Below are positions 18,046 to 26,171 of a stretch of DNA of 34,336 bases, piece by piece; positions within the stretch are counted from its first letter, which is position 1, and each line of letters opens with the position of its first letter. The stretch is from Candidatus Goldiibacteriota bacterium. GTDB taxonomy: Bacteria > Oederibacteriota > PGYV01 > DSYL01. Below the pieces are notes generated by a model that did not search any database, was not told the origin of the DNA, and was given only the letters and a program-made list of their open reading frames with translations. The position numbers were made by a program, and so were the translations under genes. The stretch lies in assembly GCA_026414685.1 (NCBI GenBank), contig JAOAIN010000069.1, positions 1 to 34,336 of the forward strand, read 5' to 3'.

Positions 18046-18476
18046 TTTATTAATTTAACAGCAGCCTCTAATGCCAGATAATAGCTATGTTCTCCAAAAC
18101 CACTAATTTGCCCCACTGAAACTGGAGCAATAAAGGATTTTTGCCTGAAGTCTTCTCTTTTATAGATATTTGAAAGATGAACTTCTATTGTTGGAATATT
18201 AACAGAAGATATAGCATCTCTTATGGCAATTGAGGTATGGGTATATGCGCCTGGATTTATTATGATACAATCTGCCCAATTTAATGTATGCTGTATTGTA
18301 TCAACAATTTCACCTTCGTGATTGGATTGAACAATTTTTAATTCAACACCGAGTTTTTTAGCCATTTTTTCTAAATTTTTATTTATTTCATATAAATTCG
18401 TATTGCCATAGACATTTGGCTCTCTCTGCCCCAATAAATTAAGATTCGGCCCATGTATTACTAAAATTTTTTTCAT
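18042..18476 (-). CDS. aroQ: Type II 3-dehydroquinate dehydratase (true start ATG 18476, not 18536)
   Basis: '[24 protein letters not shown]', '[10 protein letters not shown]', '[18 protein letters not shown]' and '[18 protein letters not shown]'. SD AAAGGTGA lies 6 nt upstream of ATG 18476. The 20-codon extension in the ORF track would start inside the predicted -35 element. The stop overlaps the downstream gene start (ATGA at 18045-18042). Confidence 0.92.
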   Translation of the reverse strand: MKKILVIHGPNLNLLGQREPNVYGNTNLYEINKNLEKMAKKLGVELKIVQSNHEGEIVDTIQHTLNWADCIIINPGAYTHTSIAIRDAISSVNIPTIEVHLSNIYKREDFRQKSFIAPVSVGQISGFGEHSYYLALEAAVKLIK

Positions 18477-18506
18477 ATTAATCACCTTTATTTTAAAATT
18501 TATGAT

Positions 18507-18536
18507 ATTATATATTAAATTACTATATGTTTTCAA
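18507..18536 (-). promoter_or_regulatory. Sigma70-type promoter for the aroQ-ligase operon (TTGAAA-18 nt-TATAAT on minus strand)
   Basis: The reverse complement of 18531-18536 is TTGAAA and that of 18507-18512 is TATAAT, with an 18-nt spacer. It lies in the 90-bp divergent region between aroQ and the DUF2156 gene. A TGATATTAT extended -10 on the + strand (18503-18511) may serve the DUF2156 operon. Confidence 0.4.
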
Positions 18537-18566
18537 TAATTATTTTAATAAAAGAGATGGATTATT

Positions 18567-19448
18567 ATGAACACAAATTTTGAAACACTTGATTTAAAGC
18601 ACAAACAGATGATGGATGATTATTTTAGAAATTTTAAGACAGATGTGTCTGAGTTTAATTTTACAGAAATGTTTATATGGAGAAAAATAAGAAATACTAA
18701 GATTGGTTTTATTAATAATAATATTTGCATTTTTGTAGAGAAAAATAATAAGAAAATATTATATAGACCTTTTGGTATTAATAAAATAAATGAAACAATT
18801 AAATTTATTTTTGATAATAATTTATGTGATTTTATTTACGGATATTTACAAGATGAGATAAAAGAATTAAATATTAACGATGCGGATTATGAAATAAAAA
18901 AAGACAGAGATAATTTTGATTACGTATATCTAACAGATGATTTGATAAATTTACAAGGAAGAAAATATGATGGCAAAAGAAATCATTTAAAAAAATTTAA
19001 ACAATTGGATTATAAAATAGTAAGTATAGACAAAGATATTTTACCTGAAGTTATAGAATTTCAAAAAAAATGGTGTAAGGATAGATTGTGTGAAGACGAT
19101 TTGTCCTTGAAAAATGAATCAATGGCAGTGAATGAATTATTGATAAATTTTGATAAATTATCGGTTTTTGGTATTGCAATTTTTATTGAAGGAAAAGTTC
19201 AGGGATATACAATAGCAACAGAGTTAAATAAAGAAACAGCGGTTATAATAGTAGAAAAAGCAAATCCTAATATTAAAGGTATTTATCAGGGGCTAAACCA
19301 GATATTTGCAGAAAAATTTTTATTTAAATATAAATATATTAACAGAGAACAGGATGCTGGCAGTGAAGGTTTGCGAAAAGCCAAAATGTCTTATCATCCT
19401 CATCATTTTGTTGAAAAGACTATACTGACAAAGAAAAAAGATGAATAA
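18567..19448 (+). CDS. Stand-alone DUF2156 / MprF C-terminal (aminoacyl-phosphatidylglycerol synthase-like, dupli-GNAT) domain protein
   Basis: 'FNFTEMFIWRK', 'GRKYDGKRNHLKKF' and the C-terminal 'INREQDAGSEGLRKAKMSYHPHHF' match the hallmark blocks of PF09924-type proteins as I recall them. 293 aa with no TM segments. Confidence 0.7.
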   Translation: MNTNFETLDLKHKQMMDDYFRNFKTDVSEFNFTEMFIWRKIRNTKIGFINNNICIFVEKNNKKILYRPFGINKINETIKFIFDNNLCDFIYGYLQDEIKELNINDADYEIKKDRDNFDYVYLTDDLINLQGRKYDGKRNHLKKFKQLDYKIVSIDKDILPEVIEFQKKWCKDRLCEDDLSLKNESMAVNELLINFDKLSVFGIAIFIEGKVQGYTIATELNKETAVIIVEKANPNIKGIYQGLNQIFAEKFLFKYKYINREQDAGSEGLRKAKMSYHPHHFVEKTILTKKKDE

Positions 19449-20193
19449 TATAATAATAAAGATAGAGAATATAAAAAAAATTTATATAAGTGGTTTATTC
19501 AAAAAACGCAAGGTGACAGCTTTAAATGGAGTCAGCCTTTCTATTAAAAAAGGAGAAATTTTTGGGATTTTAGGTCCCAATGGAGCAGGTAAAACCACGC
19601 TACTTAATATACTTATGGGACAGATATTGTCAGATGATGGTAAAATCAGTATAATGGGGTATGATACAACAAAAAGATTACCTGATTTTATTAAAAAAAG
19701 AATGAATATGTGTTCTGGCAACCCCAATTTCCCATGGTCTTTAACAATTTACGAGGCATTGAAATTCTATGGTATGCTTTATGGATTTTATGGTAAATTT
19801 TTAGAAACAAAAATAGAAAATCTAATAGAACAGTTTAAACTGACTAAATACAAAAATACACAGTATGATGAATTATCAACAGGAAATAAACAGAAACTTG
19901 CACTTGCAAAAGCATTATTGAATGAACCGGAAATTTTACTTCTTGATGAACCAACAATTGGACTTGACCCTGATGTTGCTAAAAGAACCAGACAGTTTAT
20001 AAAAGAACTCCATAAGAGAACAAAAATTACCATACTTTTAACCACCCATTACATGCGTGAAGCAGAAGAATTATGTAGCAGAATAGCATTTATTAACGAA
20101 GGAGAAATAAAAGCCCTAGGAACAAAAGAAAGGTTGAAAAAAATTACAAAAACAAAAAGTTTAGAGGAGGCATTCATTGCTCTCGCAAATTAA
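19441..20193 (+). CDS. ABC transporter ATP-binding protein (ABC-2/DrrA-like)
   Basis: Walker A 'GPNGAGKTT', signature 'LSTGNKQKLALAKAL', Walker B 'LLLDEPTIGLD' and H-loop 'LLTTHYM'. It overlaps the upstream gene by 8 nt. Confidence 0.92.
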   Translation: MNNIIIKIENIKKIYISGLFKKRKVTALNGVSLSIKKGEIFGILGPNGAGKTTLLNILMGQILSDDGKISIMGYDTTKRLPDFIKKRMNMCSGNPNFPWSLTIYEALKFYGMLYGFYGKFLETKIENLIEQFKLTKYKNTQYDELSTGNKQKLALAKALLNEPEILLLDEPTIGLDPDVAKRTRQFIKELHKRTKITILLTTHYMREAEELCSRIAFINEGEIKALGTKERLKKITKTKSLEEAFIALAN

Positions 20194-20959
20194 TAAAATT
20201 TTAGCTTTTACATACAGAAATTATATTTTTGCAAAACGAAATATGTATGCATTTGTTGAACTTCTTTTCTGGCCAGCTGTGGGTGTTATCTCTATAGGTA
20301 TGATGTCATTATTTTTATCTCTTACACAGGAATTAAAATCATTTCTTTTAACAGGGGCCATAATTTCAGGTATTCTGCAGGTTTCACAGATTGATGTTGC
20401 ATATGGATTTCTTTTTGATGTGTGGTCTAAAAGTTTGCGACAGACATTTGTAACACCAATTAATTATTTTCATTATATAATTGGGTCCTGGCTTTTCGGA
20501 ATTATAAGGGGTATTATAGTTCTTTTTTTACTTGGTTTATTTTCTATGTGGGTTTTTCATTTTTATTTGCCCAATATAAAAATTGTTATTGTATCTATAA
20601 CAGGCATTCTTTTAAGTGCTCTGGTAATTGGTATGAGTGTTATTTTTGTCATACTTTATTTTGGTCAAAGGATAATGGAAATTGTATGGATGATAAGCAC
20701 ACTAATAATGCTCATATGCGGTATCTATTATCCTGTAAGTATGTTACCAGATTTTATACGAATTATTGCAGGTTTTATACCTGTTACTTATTTTCTTGAG
20801 TATTTTAGAACCGGTTATGGATTTAAGCCAGTATTTAATAATATACTTTTAAAAGGATTTGGCCTCTGTATTATTTATATAATAATTTTATTTTATTTAC
20901 TTGATGTTGCTTTACAGAGAGCAAAGAAAACAGGCATGATGATAAAGTTATCAGAATAA
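20177..20959 (+). CDS. ABC-2-type transporter permease (6 TM)
   Basis: TTG start at 20177, preceded by GAGGAGG (20164-20170) with a 6-nt spacer. It overlaps the ATPase gene by 17 nt. Six hydrophobic helices. The length and N-terminal 'FTYRNYIFAKRNMYAFVELLFWP' are typical of ABC-2 permeases. Confidence 0.85.
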   Translation: MLSQINKILAFTYRNYIFAKRNMYAFVELLFWPAVGVISIGMMSLFLSLTQELKSFLLTGAIISGILQVSQIDVAYGFLFDVWSKSLRQTFVTPINYFHYIIGSWLFGIIRGIIVLFLLGLFSMWVFHFYLPNIKIVIVSITGILLSALVIGMSVIFVILYFGQRIMEIVWMISTLIMLICGIYYPVSMLPDFIRIIAGFIPVTYFLEYFRTGYGFKPVFNNILLKGFGLCIIYIIILFYLLDVALQRAKKTGMMIKLSE

Positions 20960-21129
20960 TGATGTGAAATATAATTTTCCCCTGTCATTGACACCTTTAT
21001 GATAATATGTTAAATTAATAAAAAATAAATTATTTTTATTTAATTCAAACCGAAGATAAGAAATTATTAAATATTTTTAAAATATAATATAAGATACAAT
21101 TTTTAAAAAGGGTGATTAAAGGAAAAATC

Positions 21130-22275
21130 ATGACAGAGGAGAATAAATTAACAGAAGAAGAAGAACGGTTGTTAAAAGAGTTTGAAGAAGAACGCAGAAG
21201 ACGGAAGAAAGAATTGGAAGATGAAGTACATCAGGAATTAAAAGATGTTTTGGCAGAACAGGTAAAGGACGTAATGGAAAAAGAAATGGTAGATGGAATA
21301 GAAGCGCAGGTGCAAAAAGAAGTTGAAATGGCAATGAATATTGAGGTTGAAAAAGCAATAAGCATTGAAGAGATGAAGAAAAAAATAGAAGATGAGATAA
21401 GGAGGAAAATAGAACAAGAAACTAGAGAGAGATTACAAAAGGAAATAGAAGAGAAAATAAGAAGAGAGGTTGAAGAAAGGGAAAAACAAAGGAAATCGGA
21501 AGTTATAAAAAAAATTAAAGCATTGAGTCTATATGAAGAAGAATTAAGAAAACAGAGAGAAAATGAGGAAAAAGAAAAAGAACAGCTCATAAATAAAATA
21601 AAAGAGGCTGAAAAATCCTTACAGGAATCATTAGAACAAAAAGAAAAAGAATTAAGGGAGAAATTGAAAGAAGAATTAAGAAAAGAATTGGAAGAAGAAA
21701 GACAGAAAAAGAAAGAAGCGCTGTTACAAAAACTTAATGCTTCAACCAGTTCAAATATTTCGGATACAGAAAAAATTCTAAACCACAATGAGAAGATTAT
21801 TATGCTGCAGCTATTTGAAGAATCGCAGTTTGTTTTGTCCACCCTGTTATCAACTAGATTGAATAAGAAAGATGTGGAATCAGTATTTTCAAAAACCATC
21901 AATGTTGTAGCCGATAACTATCCTGAAATTTTAAGACGTTCCATGTATGATAAAAATGGTAATCCCTTACCCAGTGGTGTACTAAATATATCAAGAATAA
22001 TTGCCAATGTTGAACTCATCAATATAGGAGAAAATAAATCTTTAGAAGAAAGTAAGATTGCAGAAGAAAAAATAACATTGAGATTTTTGGAGGCGTTGAA
22101 AACCCTTTTTTCCGAGAGGTTAAGATCAATAGAAAAGATAACAAATTCTGAAATTAAAAATAAATTATTTTTTGATGTGATAAATCAGATGAAAAAGTCA
22201 ATAATGAAAAAGGGATACAGCGCAAAAATAACCGAAATGTTTTTTAACCAAGTTTTTCCCGATAATAAAACATAG
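21130..22275 (+). CDS. Hypothetical protein: about 200-aa Glu/Lys/Arg-rich coiled coil + about 170-aa globular C-terminal domain of unknown family
   Basis: ATG 21130 is preceded by AAAGGA with a 6-nt spacer. The track start GTG 21112 has no SD. The charged region includes 'KKKIEDEIRRKIEQETRERLQKEIEEKIRREVEEREKQRK'. The C-terminal domain 'IIMLQLFEESQFVLSTLL..INVVADNYPEILRR..VLNISRIIANVELI' has ordinary composition. No TM segment or signal peptide. Confidence 0.7.
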   Translation: MTEENKLTEEEERLLKEFEEERRRRKKELEDEVHQELKDVLAEQVKDVMEKEMVDGIEAQVQKEVEMAMNIEVEKAISIEEMKKKIEDEIRRKIEQETRERLQKEIEEKIRREVEEREKQRKSEVIKKIKALSLYEEELRKQRENEEKEKEQLINKIKEAEKSLQESLEQKEKELREKLKEELRKELEEERQKKKEALLQKLNASTSSNISDTEKILNHNEKIIMLQLFEESQFVLSTLLSTRLNKKDVESVFSKTINVVADNYPEILRRSMYDKNGNPLPSGVLNISRIIANVELINIGENKSLEESKIAEEKITLRFLEALKTLFSERLRSIEKITNSEIKNKLFFDVINQMKKSIMKKGYSAKITEMFFNQVFPDNKT

Positions 22276-22291
22276 CAAAGGATTCTTGCTT

Positions 22292-23494
22292 ATGGATAAC
22301 TATAAATTAACCAGAAAAATGTTAGAAGAGATGGAAGAAAAAAATCTTGCACCGTATGCTATGAAAAGTAAATACTCAAGGGGAAGAAAATATAAGGAAG
22401 AAGAACATGAATTCAGGACATGCTATCAACGTGATAGGGACAGAATAATTCATTCAACAGCATACAGACGGCTTGAATACAAGACCCAGGTATTTGTAAA
22501 TCTGGAGGGAGATTATTATAGAACGCGTCTTACTCATACTTCTGAAGTTGTTCAGATATCAAGAACTCTTGCAAAAACATTAAAATTGAATGAAGAATTG
22601 ACAGAAGCAATAGCGCTAGCCCATGATATCGGACACACCCCTTTTGGGCATTCAGGAGAGGATACTCTGAATAAATTGATGAAGGATGAAGGCGGATTTG
22701 AACATAATGTTCAGAGTTTGCGAGTGCTTGAAGAATTGGAAGAAAAATATCCTGATTTCCCAGGTTTAAATCTTTCGTGGGAAACAAGAGAAGGTATTAT
22801 CAAACATAAAACAGATTATGATAATCCATATATAAAAGAGTATGAACCTAAAAAATCACCTACACTTGAAGCGCAAATAGTAAATGTTGCAGATGAAATA
22901 GCGTATAATTCGCATGATATAGATGATGGAATCACGTCTGACATTCTTTCAATAGAATCTTTAAAAAAGACAAAAATATGGAATGAAATAGCAAAATATA
23001 TTGATAGCAATAAATTCAATAGTTTGAGTAAAGATATGCAGAAATATAATATAACAAGGACTCTTATCAATCTTCAAATATCTGATCTTATCCAAGGAAC
23101 TACTGAAAATTTAAAAAAGTATTCAATAAAAACAATAGACGATGTAAGAAATTTTAAACATTCTATTGTTGAATTTACTCCAGCAATGAAAGAGATGCAT
23201 AAAGATTTGAAAGATTTTCTATACAAGAATTTTTATAAACACTACAAGATAATAAGAATGGAACATAAAGCGGAAAAAATCATCCAGGATTTGTTTGAAA
23301 TTTATCTTAAAAGAGGAATTCAGCAAGATAATAGAAAAAGATATTTAAAAGTTTCAATTCTTCCACCAGAGATTACAAAAAGGATAGGAAAAGATTCTTT
23401 AAAAAGGGTTATCTGTGATTATATTGCATCCATGACGGATAGATTTATAATTGATGAATATAAAAAACTTTTTGATCCTTATGAAAAAGTATAA
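22292..23494 (+). CDS. dgt: dGTPase-like deoxynucleoside triphosphate triphosphohydrolase (HD domain)
   Basis: 'YQRDRDRIIHSTAYRRLEYKTQVF', 'YRTRLTHTSEVVQISRTLA', 'ALAHDIGHTPFGHSGE', 'VNVADEIAYNSHDIDDG' and 'DYIASMTDRF'. ATG 22292 has AAAGGA 9 nt upstream. It starts 16 nt after the coiled-coil gene. Confidence 0.9.
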   Translation: MDNYKLTRKMLEEMEEKNLAPYAMKSKYSRGRKYKEEEHEFRTCYQRDRDRIIHSTAYRRLEYKTQVFVNLEGDYYRTRLTHTSEVVQISRTLAKTLKLNEELTEAIALAHDIGHTPFGHSGEDTLNKLMKDEGGFEHNVQSLRVLEELEEKYPDFPGLNLSWETREGIIKHKTDYDNPYIKEYEPKKSPTLEAQIVNVADEIAYNSHDIDDGITSDILSIESLKKTKIWNEIAKYIDSNKFNSLSKDMQKYNITRTLINLQISDLIQGTTENLKKYSIKTIDDVRNFKHSIVEFTPAMKEMHKDLKDFLYKNFYKHYKIIRMEHKAEKIIQDLFEIYLKRGIQQDNRKRYLKVSILPPEITKRIGKDSLKRVICDYIASMTDRFIIDEYKKLFDPYEKV

Positions 23495-23503
23495 ATTTTA
23501 TAA

Positions 23504-24556
23504 ATGGAAACAAGATTAAAATCATATATAAGCTTATCAAATTCCTACACACCACGAGGTATTGTTTTTGTGCCTACTTTTAATTGCACATGTTTATGTA
23601 GGCATTGCAATAATGATTTTATGAATAGGGATTTATCCATTTATATGGATTATAAAAAGGCAATATCCATTTTATATGAAGCTAAAAAAATAGGGCTTAA
23701 TTCTATTCAGATAACTGGTGGAGAAATAACAATGTATCCTGAATTCATGATAAACATAATCCCACATGCAAGAAAACTTGCAATGCGTGTAAACAAACCG
23801 CCCACAAATTGTTATATTGCAGTAGATATGGTGAAGACAGAAAACTTCTTTAAAGAGTTGAAAAATGTGGATTACAGATCTGGATTCAGAATTTCAATTG
23901 ATCCGTATCATAATAGTATAATACCGATTTCACAGGTGGCAGATTTTATTATTATTTACAAAAAGTTTTTTAAATTATCAACACTCACAATAGGTTCATG
24001 TTATTATGATAGAGAAGAAATATTTAAACTATATGATAAACTTATTAATCACCTTATGCAAAAGGGAATAAAAGATATTTATATAAATAAAGAAAAAAAA
24101 TCTATTTTCATAGAAAGGTATAAAATTAAATATGGTATCTGGAAACCTACACGACCTACCTGGCAAGAACTTAAAGATTTTGAGGTGGAAATGAAAATAA
24201 TTGAAAAAACGCCGGCTTGCCTTGGCCCCCATGGAGTTGGTTATTTATGGATAGAACCTGACTTCAAAGTGCGTGTCTGCTCATGTAATGGTAACTGTTT
24301 TCCTGATTATCTGATAATAGGGGATTTAAATAAAGAGTCTCTTATTAAAATAATAGAAAAAGCACGCAATAATAAAATATTCAGAGTGCTTGCCAATGAA
24401 GGAGCCGCAGGTTTAAGAAAGATTCTGAATATGAAAAATACGATACTTAATGAAGAGAAAAAGTATACATTTATGTGTGAATTATGTAATGAGATTCTCA
24501 CAAATAATGAATATATAAAAATAATTGAGACAAATTTGAATGATATTAAGATGTAA
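23504..24556 (+). CDS. Radical SAM protein with C-terminal SPASM/twitch-like Cys-rich domain
   Basis: 'FVPTFNCTCLCRHCNN' gives CX3CX2C. 'IQITGGEITMYPEF' is a GGE-type SAM motif. The C-terminus 'PACLGPHGVGYLWIEPDFKVRVCSCNGNCFPDYLIIGDLNKESLIKII' plus 'FMCELCN' resembles the auxiliary-cluster SPASM pattern. It starts 9 nt after the dgt stop. Confidence 0.85.
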   Translation: METRLKSYISLSNSYTPRGIVFVPTFNCTCLCRHCNNDFMNRDLSIYMDYKKAISILYEAKKIGLNSIQITGGEITMYPEFMINIIPHARKLAMRVNKPPTNCYIAVDMVKTENFFKELKNVDYRSGFRISIDPYHNSIIPISQVADFIIIYKKFFKLSTLTIGSCYYDREEIFKLYDKLINHLMQKGIKDIYINKEKKSIFIERYKIKYGIWKPTRPTWQELKDFEVEMKIIEKTPACLGPHGVGYLWIEPDFKVRVCSCNGNCFPDYLIIGDLNKESLIKIIEKARNNKIFRVLANEGAAGLRKILNMKNTILNEEKKYTFMCELCNEILTNNEYIKIIETNLNDIKM

Positions 24557-24644
24557 AATCAGGATTCAAATTTAGATTTTATTGACTTATGATAAAAAGT
24601 GTTTAATAATTATTTTGATAATATATATTTTTTAGGAGGATTTT

Positions 24645-26171
24645 ATGAATCTTATAGAAGTCATGATAAGGTCAAAAGAACAAAATCCCAATAAAATGTA
24701 TATGAAAATGGACAAAAAAAAGATTACTTTTAAAAAATTTTATGATGAGGTTGCCTGTCTTTCATATGGTCTTAAAGAACTTGGCGTAAAAAAAGGTGAT
24801 AAGGTTGCAATTTTATTGAATAACAGCATAGAATTTGTTGTCTCATATTTTGCCATTTTGTGTCTTGGTGCAATAGTTGTTCCTCTTAATACTTTTTTAC
24901 GTCAGGATGAAATAATTTATATATTAAATGATTGTTCAGCTAAAATATTAATTACTTCAACAGATTTCAATATCACACTAAAAGATTTTAATTATAATAA
25001 GGTTCAGTCACTTGAAAATATTATAAGTTTAGGCAATCTTCCTAATATTAAAAATATTGATTATGATACTGTTAAAAGCAAAGGAAAATTAAATATACCG
25101 TTTGTTGATGTTGATGAAGAAGAAGTGGCGGTTTTAATATATACTTCTGGTACAACCGGATTTCCAAAAGGTGCAATGCTGACTCATAAAAATTTAATAT
25201 CAAATGTAAAATCAAGTGTCAAAGCCATACATATTAATGAAAATGATAGATTTATTATTTTTCTCCCAATGTTTCATTCTTTTAGTTTTACGGTGTGTGT
25301 GTTGATACCACTTTACTGTCAGTGCAATCTCACAGTGATAAAATCCATTCAACCTTTTTCAAAAATATTAAAAGCAATATTATTTGATAGAATAACTTTA
25401 TTTGTTGCAATTCCTCAGGTTTACAATGTATTATCTAATAAAAAAATTCCAAGTTGGTTATTGTGGTTGAACCCGGTAAGGGTATGCATATCAGGAGCAG
25501 CTCCACTTGCCGGAGAGGTTTTAAGACGTTTTGAAGAAAGGTTTAAAATTCCACTGTGTGAGGGATACGGTTTATCAGAAGCCTCACCTGTTGTTTCTGT
25601 TAATCCACTTGATGGAGTTAGGAAACCAGGATCTGTTGGTCCACCAATTCCAGGCGTGGAAGTTAAAATAGCGGATGAAGAAGGAAATTTTTTAAAACCT
25701 GGAGAAGTAGGAGAAATAGTTGTAAAAGGCCCAAATGTGATGAAAGGGTATTATAATAGAGAAGTGGAAACTAGTATGACTATAAAAAATGGATGGCTGT
25801 ATACTGGAGATTTAGGTAAAATTGATGAAGATGGTTATATATATATTGTTGACAGAAAAAAGGATTTAATAATAGTAAACGGAATGAATTTATATCCCAG
25901 GGAAGTAGAAGAAGTATTATACAAGCATCCAGCTGTCCAGGGGGCAGTTGTTGTTGGAAAAAAAGATGAAGCACATGGAGAGATACCAATAGGTGTTATT
26001 TTATTAAAAGAAGGTATGTCTGCAACAGATCAGGAATTAAGAAAATTCTGTAAAGAACACCTTGCAAATTATAAAATTCCACACAGATTTGAATTCTGGA
26101 AAGAACTACCACTCACAGGAACTGGTAAAATATTAAAACGAGAGGTTAAAAGAATAATAAATGAAAGATAA
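24645..26171 (+). CDS. AMP-dependent acyl-CoA synthetase/ligase (long-chain fatty-acid-CoA ligase-like)
   Basis: 'LIYTSGTTGFPKGAMLTHKNL', 'GYGLSEASP', 'GEIVVKGPNVMKGYY', 'NGWLYTGDLG', 'IVDRKKDLII' and 'GKILKRE'. SD AGGAGGA 5 nt upstream. Confidence 0.9.
   Translation: MNLIEVMIRSKEQNPNKMYMKMDKKKITFKKFYDEVACLSYGLKELGVKKGDKVAILLNNSIEFVVSYFAILCLGAIVVPLNTFLRQDEIIYILNDCSAKILITSTDFNITLKDFNYNKVQSLENIISLGNLPNIKNIDYDTVKSKGKLNIPFVDVDEEEVAVLIYTSGTTGFPKGAMLTHKNLISNVKSSVKAIHINENDRFIIFLPMFHSFSFTVCVLIPLYCQCNLTVIKSIQPFSKILKAILFDRITLFVAIPQVYNVLSNKKIPSWLLWLNPVRVCISGAAPLAGEVLRRFEERFKIPLCEGYGLSEASPVVSVNPLDGVRKPGSVGPPIPGVEVKIADEEGNFLKPGEVGEIVVKGPNVMKGYYNREVETSMTIKNGWLYTGDLGKIDEDGYIYIVDRKKDLIIVNGMNLYPREVEEVLYKHPAVQGAVVVGKKDEAHGEIPIGVILLKEGMSATDQELRKFCKEHLANYKIPHRFEFWKELPLTGTGKILKREVKRIINER

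Noticed and set aside
18477-18536. 20-codon N-terminal extension of aroQ, and similar extensions at 29749-29787, 31259-31297, 21112-21129 and 22286-22291
   Set aside because: The internal starts have SD sites or ATGA coupling and give canonical N-termini. The extensions overlap promoters or upstream genes.
21231-21902. 223-aa minus-strand ORF inside the coiled-coil gene
   Set aside because: It is the antisense of GAA/AAA-rich repeats, which gives an S/F/L-rich low-complexity product. It has no start context.
22292-23494. Calling the dGTPase-like gene an anti-phage dNTP-depletion defence gene outright
   Set aside because: This size class with these motifs is also the ordinary housekeeping Dgt-like family found in most bacteria, and no defence-island neighbours are present. 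It is kept only as a hypothesis within the operon finding.
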